Shown here piece after piece: positions 1-11,434 of a DNA stretch of 36,577 nucleotides; position 1 is the stretch's first letter; every line of letters starts with the position of its first letter. Position numbers and translations under genes: made by a program. The stretch is from Vitrella brassicaformis CCMP3155. Its lineage: Eukaryota > Protista > Chromerida. Below the pieces are notes generated by a model. That model was not told where the DNA came from. It did no database searches and saw only the letters and a list, made by a program, of their open reading frames with translations. The stretch spans positions 1 through 36,577 of the forward strand of contig CDMY01000650.1 in the NCBI GenBank assembly GCA_001179505.1. The letters run 5' to 3'.

Positions 1-1783
1 GCCGGCCGTCCCCGTCGCCGTCAGCGTACCCGCCCCGCCCTTCTACCACCATCCCGCGTGGCCTGGCGCCAAGGTCGATGACTCCCTGGCGGCGTTCGAG
101 GGCGATCTGGGTATGGGTGGGGCTGGTGGCGGCAAGGGCGGCAAGAAGAAGGGCGGCGGGAGGGGCAAGGGGCTCAAGGCAGGCTTCAGGCCGGCGCCGC
201 TCAAGATACAGAAAAAGAAGGGCATCCACGCGGCAACCGACCAGCGCCCCCCACCCATGCCGCCGCACTTCTTTCAAGTCGCTCCGCCGGGCGCCATGGG
301 GCCGGGCCCGTTTGTGGCTCAGGGGTTCGCCGTGGGCAATGCGGTGCCTGAGGGCGGGATGGGCGCGATGCCGCCCCCGCCCCCACACATGCAGCACATG
401 ATGCCGATACATGGGTTTCTGCCGCCGCTGCCCGAGCACCCCTTCGCGCACGACGTGCGGCGTGGGGGTCCCCCGCCCCCTCCCCATCTCTGGCAGCAGC
501 TGAAGCCTCAGATCTCGTCTGGTGCGCCGGTGACCCCGTCGGGGCGCACGAACGTGAGTCAGACGGGGAGCGAGTCCAACAGCAGCCCCCAGAAGAGGAA
601 GGCCACTCTGCACAACGTGCCCCCCACCTTCTCACACGACGCCCATGTCGACCCCCTGGCCACACAGCGGGACAAGGTAAGGAAGCGAACCAGCACAGCA
701 AGCAGGATGACGCCACTGGTCATTGTGTCTGTGTCTCTCCCTCCCTGTGTGTGTCTCTCTGCGCAGGAGTACTCGCCTCCGCCGCGCGTGATGGTCGCAC
801 CGGCCCCCCCGCCCCCCTCCGCGCCACTGCCTGCGCCTGCGGGCTCGCCCGGCATGTCGCCCACCAAGACGACGCTCTCACACCTGTTGTATCCGCCCAA
901 CTCACCGCAGCCCCGCCCGAGGCCGACCCCGCCACCGTCGCCGGCCCAGTCGTCTATGCCGCCACCGGCCCTGCCCTTCGGACACCCACATGGCCCTTTC
1001 GTTCCACCAGGGCCGATGCCGATGCCCATGCCTGGTGTGGGTGGTGTGGGTGTTGACATGACCAACAACCCGCTGATCAGCCTTGCCAAGGGCGGAGGGC
1101 CACCGGTGCACCAGCCACCGCCATTTGCACACGCACAGCAGCCGATGCAGATGCAGCAGTGGCCGCGCCCACCACCACCGCCACCTGCACCACCATCGGC
1201 ACCGGCCTCCGGTGCTGTGGGTGGCCTGGCCGGGGGAGCGCCTCTCGGAGCGGGGGGCAAGGGAGCGATCGGTCCTGGTGCTGGTGCGGCTTCCGTTATG
1301 GGAGCGAGCGCCCTCGGCCTGACGCGCCGGAGCCGCGAGAGCACCCCTGCCGCCGTGGCGAGGGACGCGCCTGATCCATGGGGCGTCAAGGCTGGAGGGG
1401 AGGAGGGCGGCACCCCTTCATCGATGGGCCCGTCCGGCGCGTCATGCGACGACGATTCCAAGCGCGCCAACCTCAAGAAGCGGCCGCGTGAGTGGGGCAG
1501 CAGCAGCGTGGTGGAGGTGGCCGCCTCGCCACACCCACTGGAGACAGCCATCCCCCCTCTACAGAAGAGAGAGAGCGAGAGCCCGGAGTCGTCATTTCTC
1601 AAGGGCGGGCGAGTGGGGATGCGAGGGACCAGCCCTCCGCTGCTGCCGTCGATGTCGCTGCCTGGCGCTGGCGGGAGCGGTCGTGGTGGTGTTGGTGTTG
1701 GTGTTGGTGGTGGCCCCCAGCCGATGGAGGTTGACAAGAAGGGACGGGGGGAGGGAGAGGGGGAGGGGGCCACCACGCAGTGA
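1..1783 (+). CDS. Proline/glycine-rich low-complexity protein, 5' end outside the window
   Basis: The frame of ORF 113..1783 is open from position 2 (PAVPVAVSVPAPPFYHH...). There is one GT-AG intron at 677..766 (GACAAG|GTAAGG...GCGCAG|GAG, 90 nt, in frame). No recognisable domain. Confidence 0.75.
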   Translation, partial: PAVPVAVSVPAPPFYHHPAWPGAKVDDSLAAFEGDLGMGGAGGGKGGKKKGGGRGKGLKAGFRPAPLKIQKKKGIHAATDQRPPPMPPHFFQVAPPGAMGPGPFVAQGFAVGNAVPEGGMGAMPPPPPHMQHMMPIHGFLPPLPEHPFAHDVRRGGPPPPPHLWQQLKPQISSGAPVTPSGRTNVSQTGSESNSSPQKRKATLHNVPPTFSHDAHVDPLATQRDKVRKRTSTASRMTPLVIVSVSLPPCVCLSAQEYSPPPRVMVAPAPPPPSAPLPAPAGSPGMSPTKTTLSHLLYPPNSPQPRPRPTPPPSPAQSSMPPPALPFGHPHGPFVPPGPMPMPMPGVGGVGVDMTNNPLISLAKGGGPPVHQPPPFAHAQQPMQMQQWPRPPPPPPAPPSAPASGAVGGLAGGAPLGAGGKGAIGPGAGAASVMGASALGLTRRSRESTPAAVARDAPDPWGVKAGGEEGGTPSSMGPSGASCDDDSKRANLKKRPREWGSSSVVEVAASPHPLETAIPPLQKRESESPESSFLKGGRVGMRGTSPPLLPSMSLPGAGGSGRGGVGVGVGGGPQPMEVDKKGRGEGEGEGATTQ

Positions 1784-3883
1784 GTGAATCAGTGAAAGAA
1801 AGACTGCGGTGTGTGTGTATGTGGCCAAGTGATACAGACAGATAAAACGACAACAATTTTTTCGCACAGAAAGGGCAGGGCGGGATGGATTGATGGATTG
1901 GATGCAATTAATCGGCCTGGCTGGTGCGGTACGGTGCTGTGTTCTGGTGCATTGGGTTGCATTGGGTTGCAGCGAGAGGGGGGAGGGAGGGAGGGGGGAG
2001 GGTGTGGACGGACTGCCTGCAATGCCCGGCTCGCTCGTTTCTTTGGTTGTGTGCGTTGAGGGGAGGGAGGGAGGGAAGGGGCGAATGAGGGAGAGACAGG
2101 GAGAGGGAGGGGGACAGGGAGAGGGAGGTGTGTAGTGCATAGCTGACAAGGCAACGGGCTGCTGGGTTGTTTTTCATCCGCCGATCACATACAGACACAC
2201 AGATAGACCGACAGACAGACCGACAGACACAGAGACACCCATGGACTTGTGTGTGAAGGTCGAGCCTGCCGCGTCACCTGTTTCGCTTCGCGCGCAAAGC
2301 GTCTCTCACACAGTGCATAGCAACCACCAACACACGAGGAAGGGAGAGAGGCGACCCCATTCTCTTTGTTTCCTTCCGATTGCGCGGGCGCCGCGTCATT
2401 TTTGCTCATATGATGGATGATGGCCTTCTCTGTGGTGTGGCTGGGTGTGGTGAGCGAGACAGAGGGGGGAGGGGGGAGGGCAGGCAGGCAGGCCGGCAGG
2501 TGTGTGAGTGACCATTTAAAGCGTGCTCTCTCCATCTGTGTGTGTGCATCCATCCTCCACTGCTCATCAATCAGAACACACAAACGTACTCACTTGTTGC
2601 TTGCTGCCTAATTAGCTCAAGGACTCTCCCTCCGGTCAGCCAAGCCAATCGACACACGCCACGCGCGAAGAGAGAGGCCGTGTGGTGCGTGCCTGCGGTG
2701 TCGGTGTCGGTGTGGCGTTCGTTCTTTTGCCCCCTGACGTGTTTGGCAGAAGGGGGCGAAGTCAGGCAGGCAGGCTGGCAGAGACAGACAGACAGACATG
2801 CTTCGACCCACCAGATCGGTGCTGTCTGGTGGTGGTGGTGGTGGTGAAATGTGGCTCTTCGTTTGTGTCAAGCGAGAGAGGGGAGGGAGGGAGGGAGGGA
2901 GGGAGGGGCCTACTGACTGTCTGTGTGTGTGAATGCGTGTGTGTATGTGTGTGTGCGTGTGCGCTAGTCGGCTGATGTGTGGATGGATGGTGGCGGGCGA
3001 AAAAAGAGACTCACTCAGTTAGTCACTCCCGTGACTGATATGAATCGATGGAACACCACACCACACCGCAGCACACACTCCACTGCTGCTGCTGCTGCCG
3101 CTGCCGGTGAAGGTGAGGGTGAAGGTGTGTTCGGCTTACCTGACCTGCTGCAATTCACTGGCACCTGAGTGAGTTACCACCTACGGTATGGGGTGTGTAG
3201 TGACGTATGTTGTGATCGCACTTACCCACCCCCTGTGTGTGTGGATTGGGGTGGACCAACCTGACATGACCTGACCTGACCCATCGTATCGCTCAACGAA
3301 CGCCTTGCTGTCAGCCTGCATGTCTGTCTCTCTATCTATCTGTCTGTCTGTCTGTCTGTCTGTGCACCCGTAGTCTACTTGTTGGTTGCAGTTTTGTCGC
3401 GGGCAGGCAGGCAGGCCGCACGTGTGGATGAGTGAGCGCATTCAAAATGTTCGTTGGCTGACTGACTCGTCTGTGCCAGCGAGGTGGGTCGGTGTGGCGG
3501 TGGTTGTGGGCCTTGTTGGTTGCACTGCTATGCTGGAGGGCCGCACACTTGGACAAGGCAAGTCGTGCATTCCTCCGTTGCAGCTGCCGAGGCATCCAGC
3601 CGACGCCACGACGACTCAGTCAGACAGACAGATCTGCCCACACACAGAGAGGGACGAAAACTGTGTACACACACATACACACACACACCACGGAGGACAC
3701 AGCGTTCCTTCCCTCGTCCCCGGTGGTGTGGGAGAGGGAGGGAGGGGGCCTACCGTCTTTTTGCGAGGCAGCTACCGATCGGCGGCGTGAGTGAGGTTGG
3801 GAAGGGGCGGTGGGGGGGTGGGAGAAGGGCATGGCAAATCTCTGGCTGTATGTTTCTGCATTTTTGGCTGCTGCGATCATTGG

Positions 3884-3915
<32 letters not shown>

Positions 3916-4535
3916 CATCTACTTCTCCCTCTCACCGACCTCCACACAACAACACGCTGCACCTTTTCTACTCACACGCTCTGTCCGTCTGCCCTAGTCT
4001 TTCTATCTAAGGCTGATTCTGACCGACCGCTCTACCACGGCCGGCGGGGCCACCCACACTCCTTGACTTGTTCCTTTCTTAACCACACAACCATTCCTCC
4101 TCCCTCACTGCGTTTCGTAAAGGGTTTGTTGTATATATCTGAGATGTGTGTGTAGGGTTGGTGGGTGGCCCAGTGGGGTGTGCAGAAAGCGCCCTCTCTC
4201 GAGCAACTCGCGTGTCGTCTGGTGGCCCGCCCGTGTGTGGGGGACGGATGGATGGATGGATGGACGAGGGGATGGGGTAATTCAGGTCGTGTGCGTGTTT
4301 GTCGGGTGCAAGTCTGTCTGTCTGTCTTTGTGCCTGTGTGTGGTTGTCGCCGCACCCCTCCCTGTCTACCTGTCTACCTGCCTGCCTGCCTGCCTGCCTG
4401 CTCGCCTGCTCGCCTGCCCGCTTGTGTGTGTATTGTGGACACCACCAAATTCGCTTAATTGCAATTCTCAAGTGTTCCAGAAGGTCTGTCTGTCTCCACA
4501 CATTGGTACCAAACAACACACTCACACACACACAC

Positions 4536-5672
4536 TCATTCCACAGGTCTCATATTCTCTTTGCGGTGGGTGAGTCTTTGCCTGAACTGCTTCAGCCCGT
4601 CGTAGCCGCCATAAAGCTGCGCATTGCCCGTGAACACCGCCTCGTCCGACGCACACCGCAACAGCGCCCAGCGCAGCAGATTCCCCAACTGCACACACGC
4701 AACACACAACACACACACGCTTGGATGGATGGATGCCCTCTGGATGCTCACCGGTCCGTTGACATAGATCTTGTTGAGCTCCTTCCGGCCCATCAGCCGC
4801 ATGGTGGCCATCCGCGGCCGCCTCAACTCGCTGTAGGCCGACAGCCCCTCCCGCAGACGCGCACTACCCGGCAGCAGGGAGACCGGCCTGTGCGTGACGC
4901 CAGCTGCCTTGTCGCCAAAACCATGGTGTCTGAGTGTCTCGAAGAGCAGCACGGCGTCCTCTATGGCACTGTTTGCACCCTACACACACACACACACACA
5001 CACACACAGAGGAGGTGTCCTGCAAGCACACATAACGGCATTGGTAGGTCACCAGCCCTAGGGTGGGCAGCAGGCAGTGTGCGGCGTCGCCGATGAGCAC
5101 CGCCCCGTCAGAAGAGTAGGAGGGCAGCTCGGGCAGGTCATACCACCGCCACAAGACGGGAGCGTTGGACACAGTAGTGGCCAAATGGGCGTCTGAACGA
5201 ACCGATGGATGGATGGATGAATGGATGGTGCGTGTGAGTGATGAGTGTGCGTGTGGATATCGGCTCGGCGCACCTCCCGCTTCTTTGAGTGACGCCTCGG
5301 CCGCACCCCACTTGATGTAGGACAAAACCGCCGATACCATCGGCACTGAAAACCCTGCAGACCATCCATCCATCCATCCACAGCACCACAACGATAAGCG
5401 CTTTATGTGCCCACCTCTGAACTGTCCCTCCACAAATGTCTTCCACTCCATCGGGGTGCACTTGGCCAGAGCCCCGTGAGGGCACTTTCGCCTCTCAAGA
5501 GCTTCGTGGACGCAGAATACCCAGCCCACTGTGTGAGGGGCGCAGGGGATGAGCAGCATGCTCACGCCGGCACGTAGGTAGTAGTCGAATGCACGGCCAC
5601 GGCAGCACTCGCGCAGCAGCCGGGCTGGTGGGGACCTGTGCAATGGCGACAGCTCAATCAACCCACCTGTAG

Positions 5673-5720
<48 letters not shown>

Positions 5721-6754
5721 TCTGTGTCTGTGTGTGTGTGTGGTGAGCGACCTACCGATGCTTGTGGCGGGTGCTTCCTGCGGCTGCGGTGCTTCGGGAA
5801 AGATCAGCCGCCGGACTGTGGAGCTGCAGCCATCCGCACCGATGAGCACGTCACCCTCGGCCGTCGTCCCATCCGCGAAAGTCACACTCACGTTCATCGG
5901 ACGGCACTCTGTTACACATAGAACACACAAGTACAGACACAGAAAGACGATCTTCATGTGTTTCCGTGAATCCAATCATCTGTGTGTATCACACCAATGT
6001 GAGCGACTTCCTTGCCGAAGTGGATGTGTCTGCGCATGGGCCGCTGAAGGCGCGACAGCAGGGCACGGCGGGGCACGTCCACACCCCAGGGAGGCTCGCT
6101 GGCGTCCAGGGAGCTGCAACACATGGAGGGAAGGAAGATGGTCATTCATGTGTAGTCAGTCGTTGGATGTCATCCACACGTACATGTTGCGGATCAGTTT
6201 GCCGTCCGCATCGAAGAACCTGACCTGGGAGAGGGCCAGGCCGAGGCCACCTGCCGGATGAGATGAGATGAGATGACAGCCAGAAGCATCAGATCAGAGC
6301 ACCAACCCACACACCTCACGAACCAACCCAGACAGACAGACGTGCTTCCGTCCCGACTGTCTTATTACCGGTGCTGATGCCGAGCTCTTTGAGAGCGTTG
6401 AGACCGTTCCGCCACAGGTAGTAGTTCACACCGCCATATCGATGGCGCTGACGACTGCACACACACACACGAGTCGGACACAAGCAAGATTCGCTGCTCT
6501 GGAGTGCAGTCGTGACCTCTCGAAGATCTGCACTGAGTGTCCGTGGTTTTTCGCCGCCTTCCCCGCGGCGAGGCCCCCGATCCCGCCGCCAACCACCAGC
6601 ACGCGCAGACGCCTGCAGAGATGCAACAGGCCACATGCAGACAAGGTGGTTCTCACACATGCCATTCATGCCTCTGTGTTTTGTTGCCATACGTGTGTTC
6701 CTCTGCTGTGCAGATGGCCGTCCAGAGCAGGCCCAGCACGAGGGAGGGAAGCAT
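4536..6754 (-). CDS. FAD-dependent monooxygenase (group A flavoprotein hydroxylase) with a signal peptide; multi-exon
   Basis: The spliced start reads MLPSLVLGLLWTAICTAEEHT|RLRVLVVGGGIGGLAAG (GxGxxG) ... QIFERS. The DG motif LIGADGCSS and the GD motif LIGDAAH-x3-PTLGL|GANSAIEDA are present. Stop at 4536. Confidence 0.88.
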
Positions 6755-7082
6755 TAGCCTCGTCAGCCTGATGAGGTCTTACACACAGAATGAATCATGG
6801 ATCAATCATCTTGGGTCCAAACTTTCAAGATCATCCCACATCGGCAGTGCGGAGTACGCTGATTTCGCTCCAAGGGCAAAGGGGGGAGATCTGCACTCTT
6901 AGGCTCGCATGATCGAACCTCAGCTGCGTTCGTTCGTGCTGCCGGACCTTCAGCTGCTGCGACATTTGACGTGTTCGACGGCCAATGCTCCCGAGATGAC
7001 CTAATCTCAACTTCCGCTGATCCAGATCACGACGCTGGTGCTGCGCTGCATCACACAGGTGGTCTTGCTGAGTGAGGTTGTA

Positions 7083-7873
7083 ATGCAGCCATCCGATAGC
7101 GACCATGCGCCAGGCCCGGCCTCTGCAGCAGCATCCGCCGCCAAGAAGTCGAGCGGCAGGAAGGCCACAGACGAGAAGGACAAACCGCTTCCGCTGTGGC
7201 AGAAGGCTTTCTTGAGAGATGCCGAATTCGACAAGGTGAGGAGGTGACGCCACGCAGGCGCCACACACACAAACACACACAGAGGGGAAGCGGTGCATTG
7301 CATCGCTTGACTGCTGGAAGATCTGTTTTTCTGTGTGTGTGTGTTGGTGTATTGCAGAATGAGGTTGCGGACGTGCTTCACTGGACGCGCCAGTTTGCTG
7401 CTCTTGTGCTGGGCATCGCGTTCGGCCTGATGCCCGTCAAGGGCATCGTGGGGGTGGCAGGCGGACCTTTACTCATCGTCATCACCGGTAGTTCAGGCAG
7501 CCAGGCAGGCAGGCAGACAGCCCACACCAAGTGGTCGTTCGTCTATCTGCTGCATGTGTCCACCCACCTTGTGTTGTGTGTCCGCCAGGCCTGTCGTGGA
7601 GTCGATATGTGGATGTGGGCGAGGACGTGATGGAGCCGAAGCACATCCTGATGGAGGGAACACTGCCGGCCATCGGCACATTCCTGGTACACATCACGTG
7701 AATGGAGGGAGGGAGGGAGGGAGGGATGGAGGGAGGGAAGAGGTAAACAAGGTGTGCTGATTGGCTGGACCACTTTTCTCTCTCTGCGTGTGCGGTCGCT
7801 GTGTTGCGTTTGCGACTTCTTCCTTCCACTCCAGCTCTTTTGGGTGTCGGTGTACACGTTGGTTCACTTCTGA
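7083..7873 (+). CDS. RAB5IF: Rab5-interacting protein family (RAB5IF/OPTI) membrane protein
   Basis: Spliced exons read MQPSDS...FLRDAEFDK|NEVADVLHWTRQFAALVLGIAFGLMPVKGIVG...|...YVDVGEDVMEPKHILMEGTLPAIGTFL|LFWVSVYTLVHF*. This matches the family pattern (DVxYWxRQ, G-x-FL, W-x-x-YT). Confidence 0.82.
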
Positions 7874-8020
7874 CCCCCCCAAGACCCCTCGTCTTTTGCA
7901 TCCATCTGCACAACATTGCAATCATTGCCGTCAATCAGCTGTGATTGATAGACATGCACAAGGGCCTGCAAGTTCATGCTGACATTCCTGGCACTGACTA
8001 CAACATCTTTGTGCAGCAGC

Positions 8021-8047
8021 TCGTGACATAAATGCGCTGGTGTCCAC
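8021..8047 (+). repeat. 27-nt direct repeat, copy 1
   Basis: TCGTGACATAAATGCGCTGGTGTCCAC; one mismatch to 8883..8909. Confidence 0.9.
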
Positions 8048-8405
8048 GCTCTCTCGGCCCGCAGAGGTTTCTCAATAAAACACATTCGACAGAGTTAACA
8101 GCTGAGAGAGGAAGCGGAGCATCAGATGCGCCTGACTGACTTCACATGGAGCCTTTGTGCTGAGGTGATCAGTAGTCATTGAGTCTCCTCACTCATGCCA
8201 CGCATGAACCACCATGAAATGCTCACATACGGCGCCATCTGACATACGCCATGTGTGCAGGCAGCCACAAGCCCCTCTCTCAATTTGATTCAGAGCGAGG
8301 CTGCGAGCCGGCCCGCTTTTTGTGGCTAACGGCAAGTTAACGACTTTACGAAGCCTGTACGAGACAAAGAAAAACGAAGGCTCTACCCCCCCTCCTTTCC
8401 TTCTT

Positions 8406-8777
8406 ATGAAGACCTTGTGGCTCCTCGCTCTGGGCATGCTTGCCTTGGCTGCCGCGCAGGAAGCCAACGGCGTGACGTCTGCGGATGACGCTCAAGAGGC
8501 TGACGCTGTGAGCGCTGAGGGTGGCCTGCGTGGGCTGACATACTACACCACTGAGCATCGTGAGAGTGACGCCGCGAGCGAGCAATCATCATGCATTCCC
8601 ACCGGATATCTGGGATGCCGCTCTAATTCCGATTGCTGTTCCAATTGCTGCACACGAGCTCTGGCACAGCGCCGCTGTATGCCCCCATGGCACTGCACCT
8701 CTCATGCCGGTGGTTTGCGGGGCTGCGGTGTGCCTTTGCCGCAGATCCAAACCGCTCCTCCCCTTGAGCCTGTTTGA
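8406..8777 (+). CDS. Small secreted cysteine-rich (knottin/ICK-like) precursor, 123 aa, no evident intron
   Basis: Signal peptide MKTLWLLALGMLALAAAQ, an acidic pro-region, then C-x7-C-x5-CC-x2-CC-x8-C-x5-C. Confidence 0.75.
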   Translation: MKTLWLLALGMLALAAAQEANGVTSADDAQEADAVSAEGGLRGLTYYTTEHRESDAASEQSSCIPTGYLGCRSNSDCCSNCCTRALAQRRCMPPWHCTSHAGGLRGCGVPLPQIQTAPPLEPV

Positions 8778-8882
8778 CTCTGCGTGCTCATGGATGGGAC
8801 TGTATTTGTGAGGGTCACGGACACACAGACGAGTGTTACGGTTATAATTAATGCAATCTTTGTTGTGTGTGTGCACAGTTCA

Positions 8883-8909
8883 TCGTGACACAAATGCGCT
8901 GGTGTCCAC
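8883..8909 (+). repeat. 27-nt direct repeat, copy 2
   Basis: TCGTGACACAAATGCGCTGGTGTCCAC. Confidence 0.9.
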
Positions 8910-9227
8910 TCTTCGGCTAGCCTGGCCTCCTCCTGACCCCCCCAGACCAAAGAATTAATCCATGTGTTGAGTTCGGCTCTTTCTTCCTTCGGCCGTCGGA
9001 TAATCGATTTATTCTTCATGCACTCGCCGTTTGCTCGCATGGCATGGCGTCCAATTCAACAACCAGTCGTCACACTCAGACACACACACACAGCAGACAC
9101 GGACGCGGACAGGTCGCACACACACCGATAAACGCGCGGCTGCCTTATCTTATCATCGACTCGGTCTGTCCTTTACTCTCTGTGACATCCACACATCCAC
9201 ACATCCATCTGTGTACCCCCAGGGCCT

Positions 9228-9258
<31 letters not shown>

Positions 9259-11434
9259 GGTAAAAGCACTCACTCAGTGCACTCGGAGAAGGGCAGTCAG
9301 TGAGATTTGTGACCCCAGACCAAACACCATCCACCGCACACGACCGACAGGCGACGCTGAGAGCTTGTTGGAACCCTCAGCAGCGACCTGACCGCAGTCC
9401 ACGGCAAAGGTGAATGATCTGTCTGTCTCACGCGACGCGAACACGCCACCACGAGTCGCGTGCTGTGTGTTGAGATGTCCTGGCTGTTGCTGGGAAGTGT
9501 CTGTGTGGGTGTGGGTCGATCTGTGCACCGCCTGCTGCTGCTCGTGGCGGCTTGGCGATTACCAAGACACCACTTGCAACAGCAAGAGGGGGTCCATCGA
9601 CCCCACACACCACACATCCATTCGGCCAAATATCAGTGCTAGTCTCGGCGAAAAGAGCCCTGCCTGTCGCATCGATCGCATCCACCGGCGACACAACGTG
9701 CGATTCTTGCCTGCCTGAGAGAGCATCACATAGGGAGGGCCAACAGGGCCGTCCGGTCACTTGGGGGGTAAAAAGGCAGAGACGATACACCGACGCATCG
9801 CGATATACGCCACATCACGCCACCCACGCCACGCGAGGCCACGCACACAGAAATAACAGGTAAATAAAAATGAGGGTCACAGAAAGACACACAGGCAGGC
9901 AGGCAGGCAGGCAGGCAGGCCGGTGAAAGGTGTGCTGTGGTGGCTGCGTCGCGTGTGTGGGTGTGGTGTTTCGTTCTCTCTCTTTATGCGATGTGTGTGT
10001 GCACGCTTGAAAAATAATACTGATGTGGTGCGATCGATAGACGATAGATATGGACTCATACAGTAAGTGAACCACCCAGACCATCCATCCATCCATCCCC
10101 CCCGTGTGTGTGCTCACACGTGGATTCACACCGCCCCCCTCCGCTCCCCTCCCCCTCCCCCCGCCCCACAACCAAGACCCACTCACTACGGATGGGATGG
10201 CGACAGATGGACAGAAACAGGTGGACATGTTGTCAGTTGGTGGCAAGAAAGTCTCTCCACACCCAGAGAGGCTGTAGGTGGGTGGCAAGACAGACAGACA
10301 GGCGGACAGGCGGACAGCTAGGTATACCAATCCCCTCCCTCCCTCCCTCCCCCACCCCACTCACACCCCGCCAGGCACGCAATGCGACTAGATGAACTGT
10401 AGTGTAGTGTAGTGTAGTGAAGCTCACGCAGCCATTGATTGAAGGATGACATCGTTCTCTCCTCTCTCCTCCTCTCTCCTTCTCAATCTCTTCTCTCATC
10501 CATCTCGTCCGCCTATCTATTCACACACTCTGTCTTCTCTACCCACCCCCTTCCACCCCCAACCAACACACACACACACACTCAGTGGATGAAGGAGACC
10601 ATGAATGCGATGCTGCGAAACCTCACCCAACACCCCACCCAACGCCTTCTTCATCTCTGTCTTCATTTCGTTGTCAGGCCACAACCCACCACCCCACCCA
10701 GCAGCCACAAAAATAGCCAGTCTGTGTGTGTGTGTGCGTCGGGGTGTCTCTGGCGGTCGGTCGGTCGGTCTGTCAGTCAGCGGCCGGCCACAATCCCCCC
10801 CTCTCAGCCCAATTGCAGTCTGCAGAGAGGGGGCAGGCCTGGCGCGCACACACGCACACACACGCACACACGACTGGCCACTCACACACCCACACACCCA
10901 CCCCCAAACACACACGTAAGCACGAAAGACGTGTAGACGGATGGATGGATCGAATTACGCATTACTGGTTGGTACACACACACACACATCCAGCCTCCAC
11001 CCATCGGCTGCATTTTCGTCAGTCACAAATTGGTTGGTCGTTCCATTTGTCTGTCTTGTCTGTCTGTCTGTGCGGGTCTCTTAAGAGACACAGAGGAGAT
11101 AAAAAGGGCTGCGTTGAACCACACACACACACAGAGAGGGAGGGAGGGAGGGAGAGAGAGAGGCTAGGCTAGGCTAGGAGTAAAAAGGGGTCTGGTGAGG
11201 CTCCGGCCAGCCAGACACCAGCTCACTACACAACACACCATACCATCCACACACCACACCACACCACACCACACAAGGCAGCTAGCTCAACACAGCCCAA
11301 TCCATCCATCCATCCATCAGTAAGCGCATGTACGTTGCTGTACAACGCACCCACCCACACCCATGGCCCATTGCGCATTATACCCATTAGACCCATTCCC
11401 CATAACACATCCGCCCGTCCCTCAGCCCAGCTCA

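Larger units (their letters stand above)
1800..11400. repeat. Dispersed microsatellites (CA/TG, GACA, ATCC, GGCA, CCCT) in introns and spacers; they occur throughout the window
   Basis: Visible directly, e.g. 3335..3360, 4375..4400, 4980..5010. Confidence 0.9.

Noticed and set aside
559-1776. 405-aa antisense ORF and other long shadow ORFs (e.g. 31373..32617, 26754..27851, 33678..34622)
   Set aside because: They mirror GC-rich sense CDSs and show no motifs.
1800-4400. Many 60-260 aa ORFs with THTH, TDRQ or CVCV runs
   Set aside because: These are microsatellite translations; I found no coherent exon chain.
9000-11300. Scattered ORFs and splice-like sites
   Set aside because: No consistent frame or recognisable protein.
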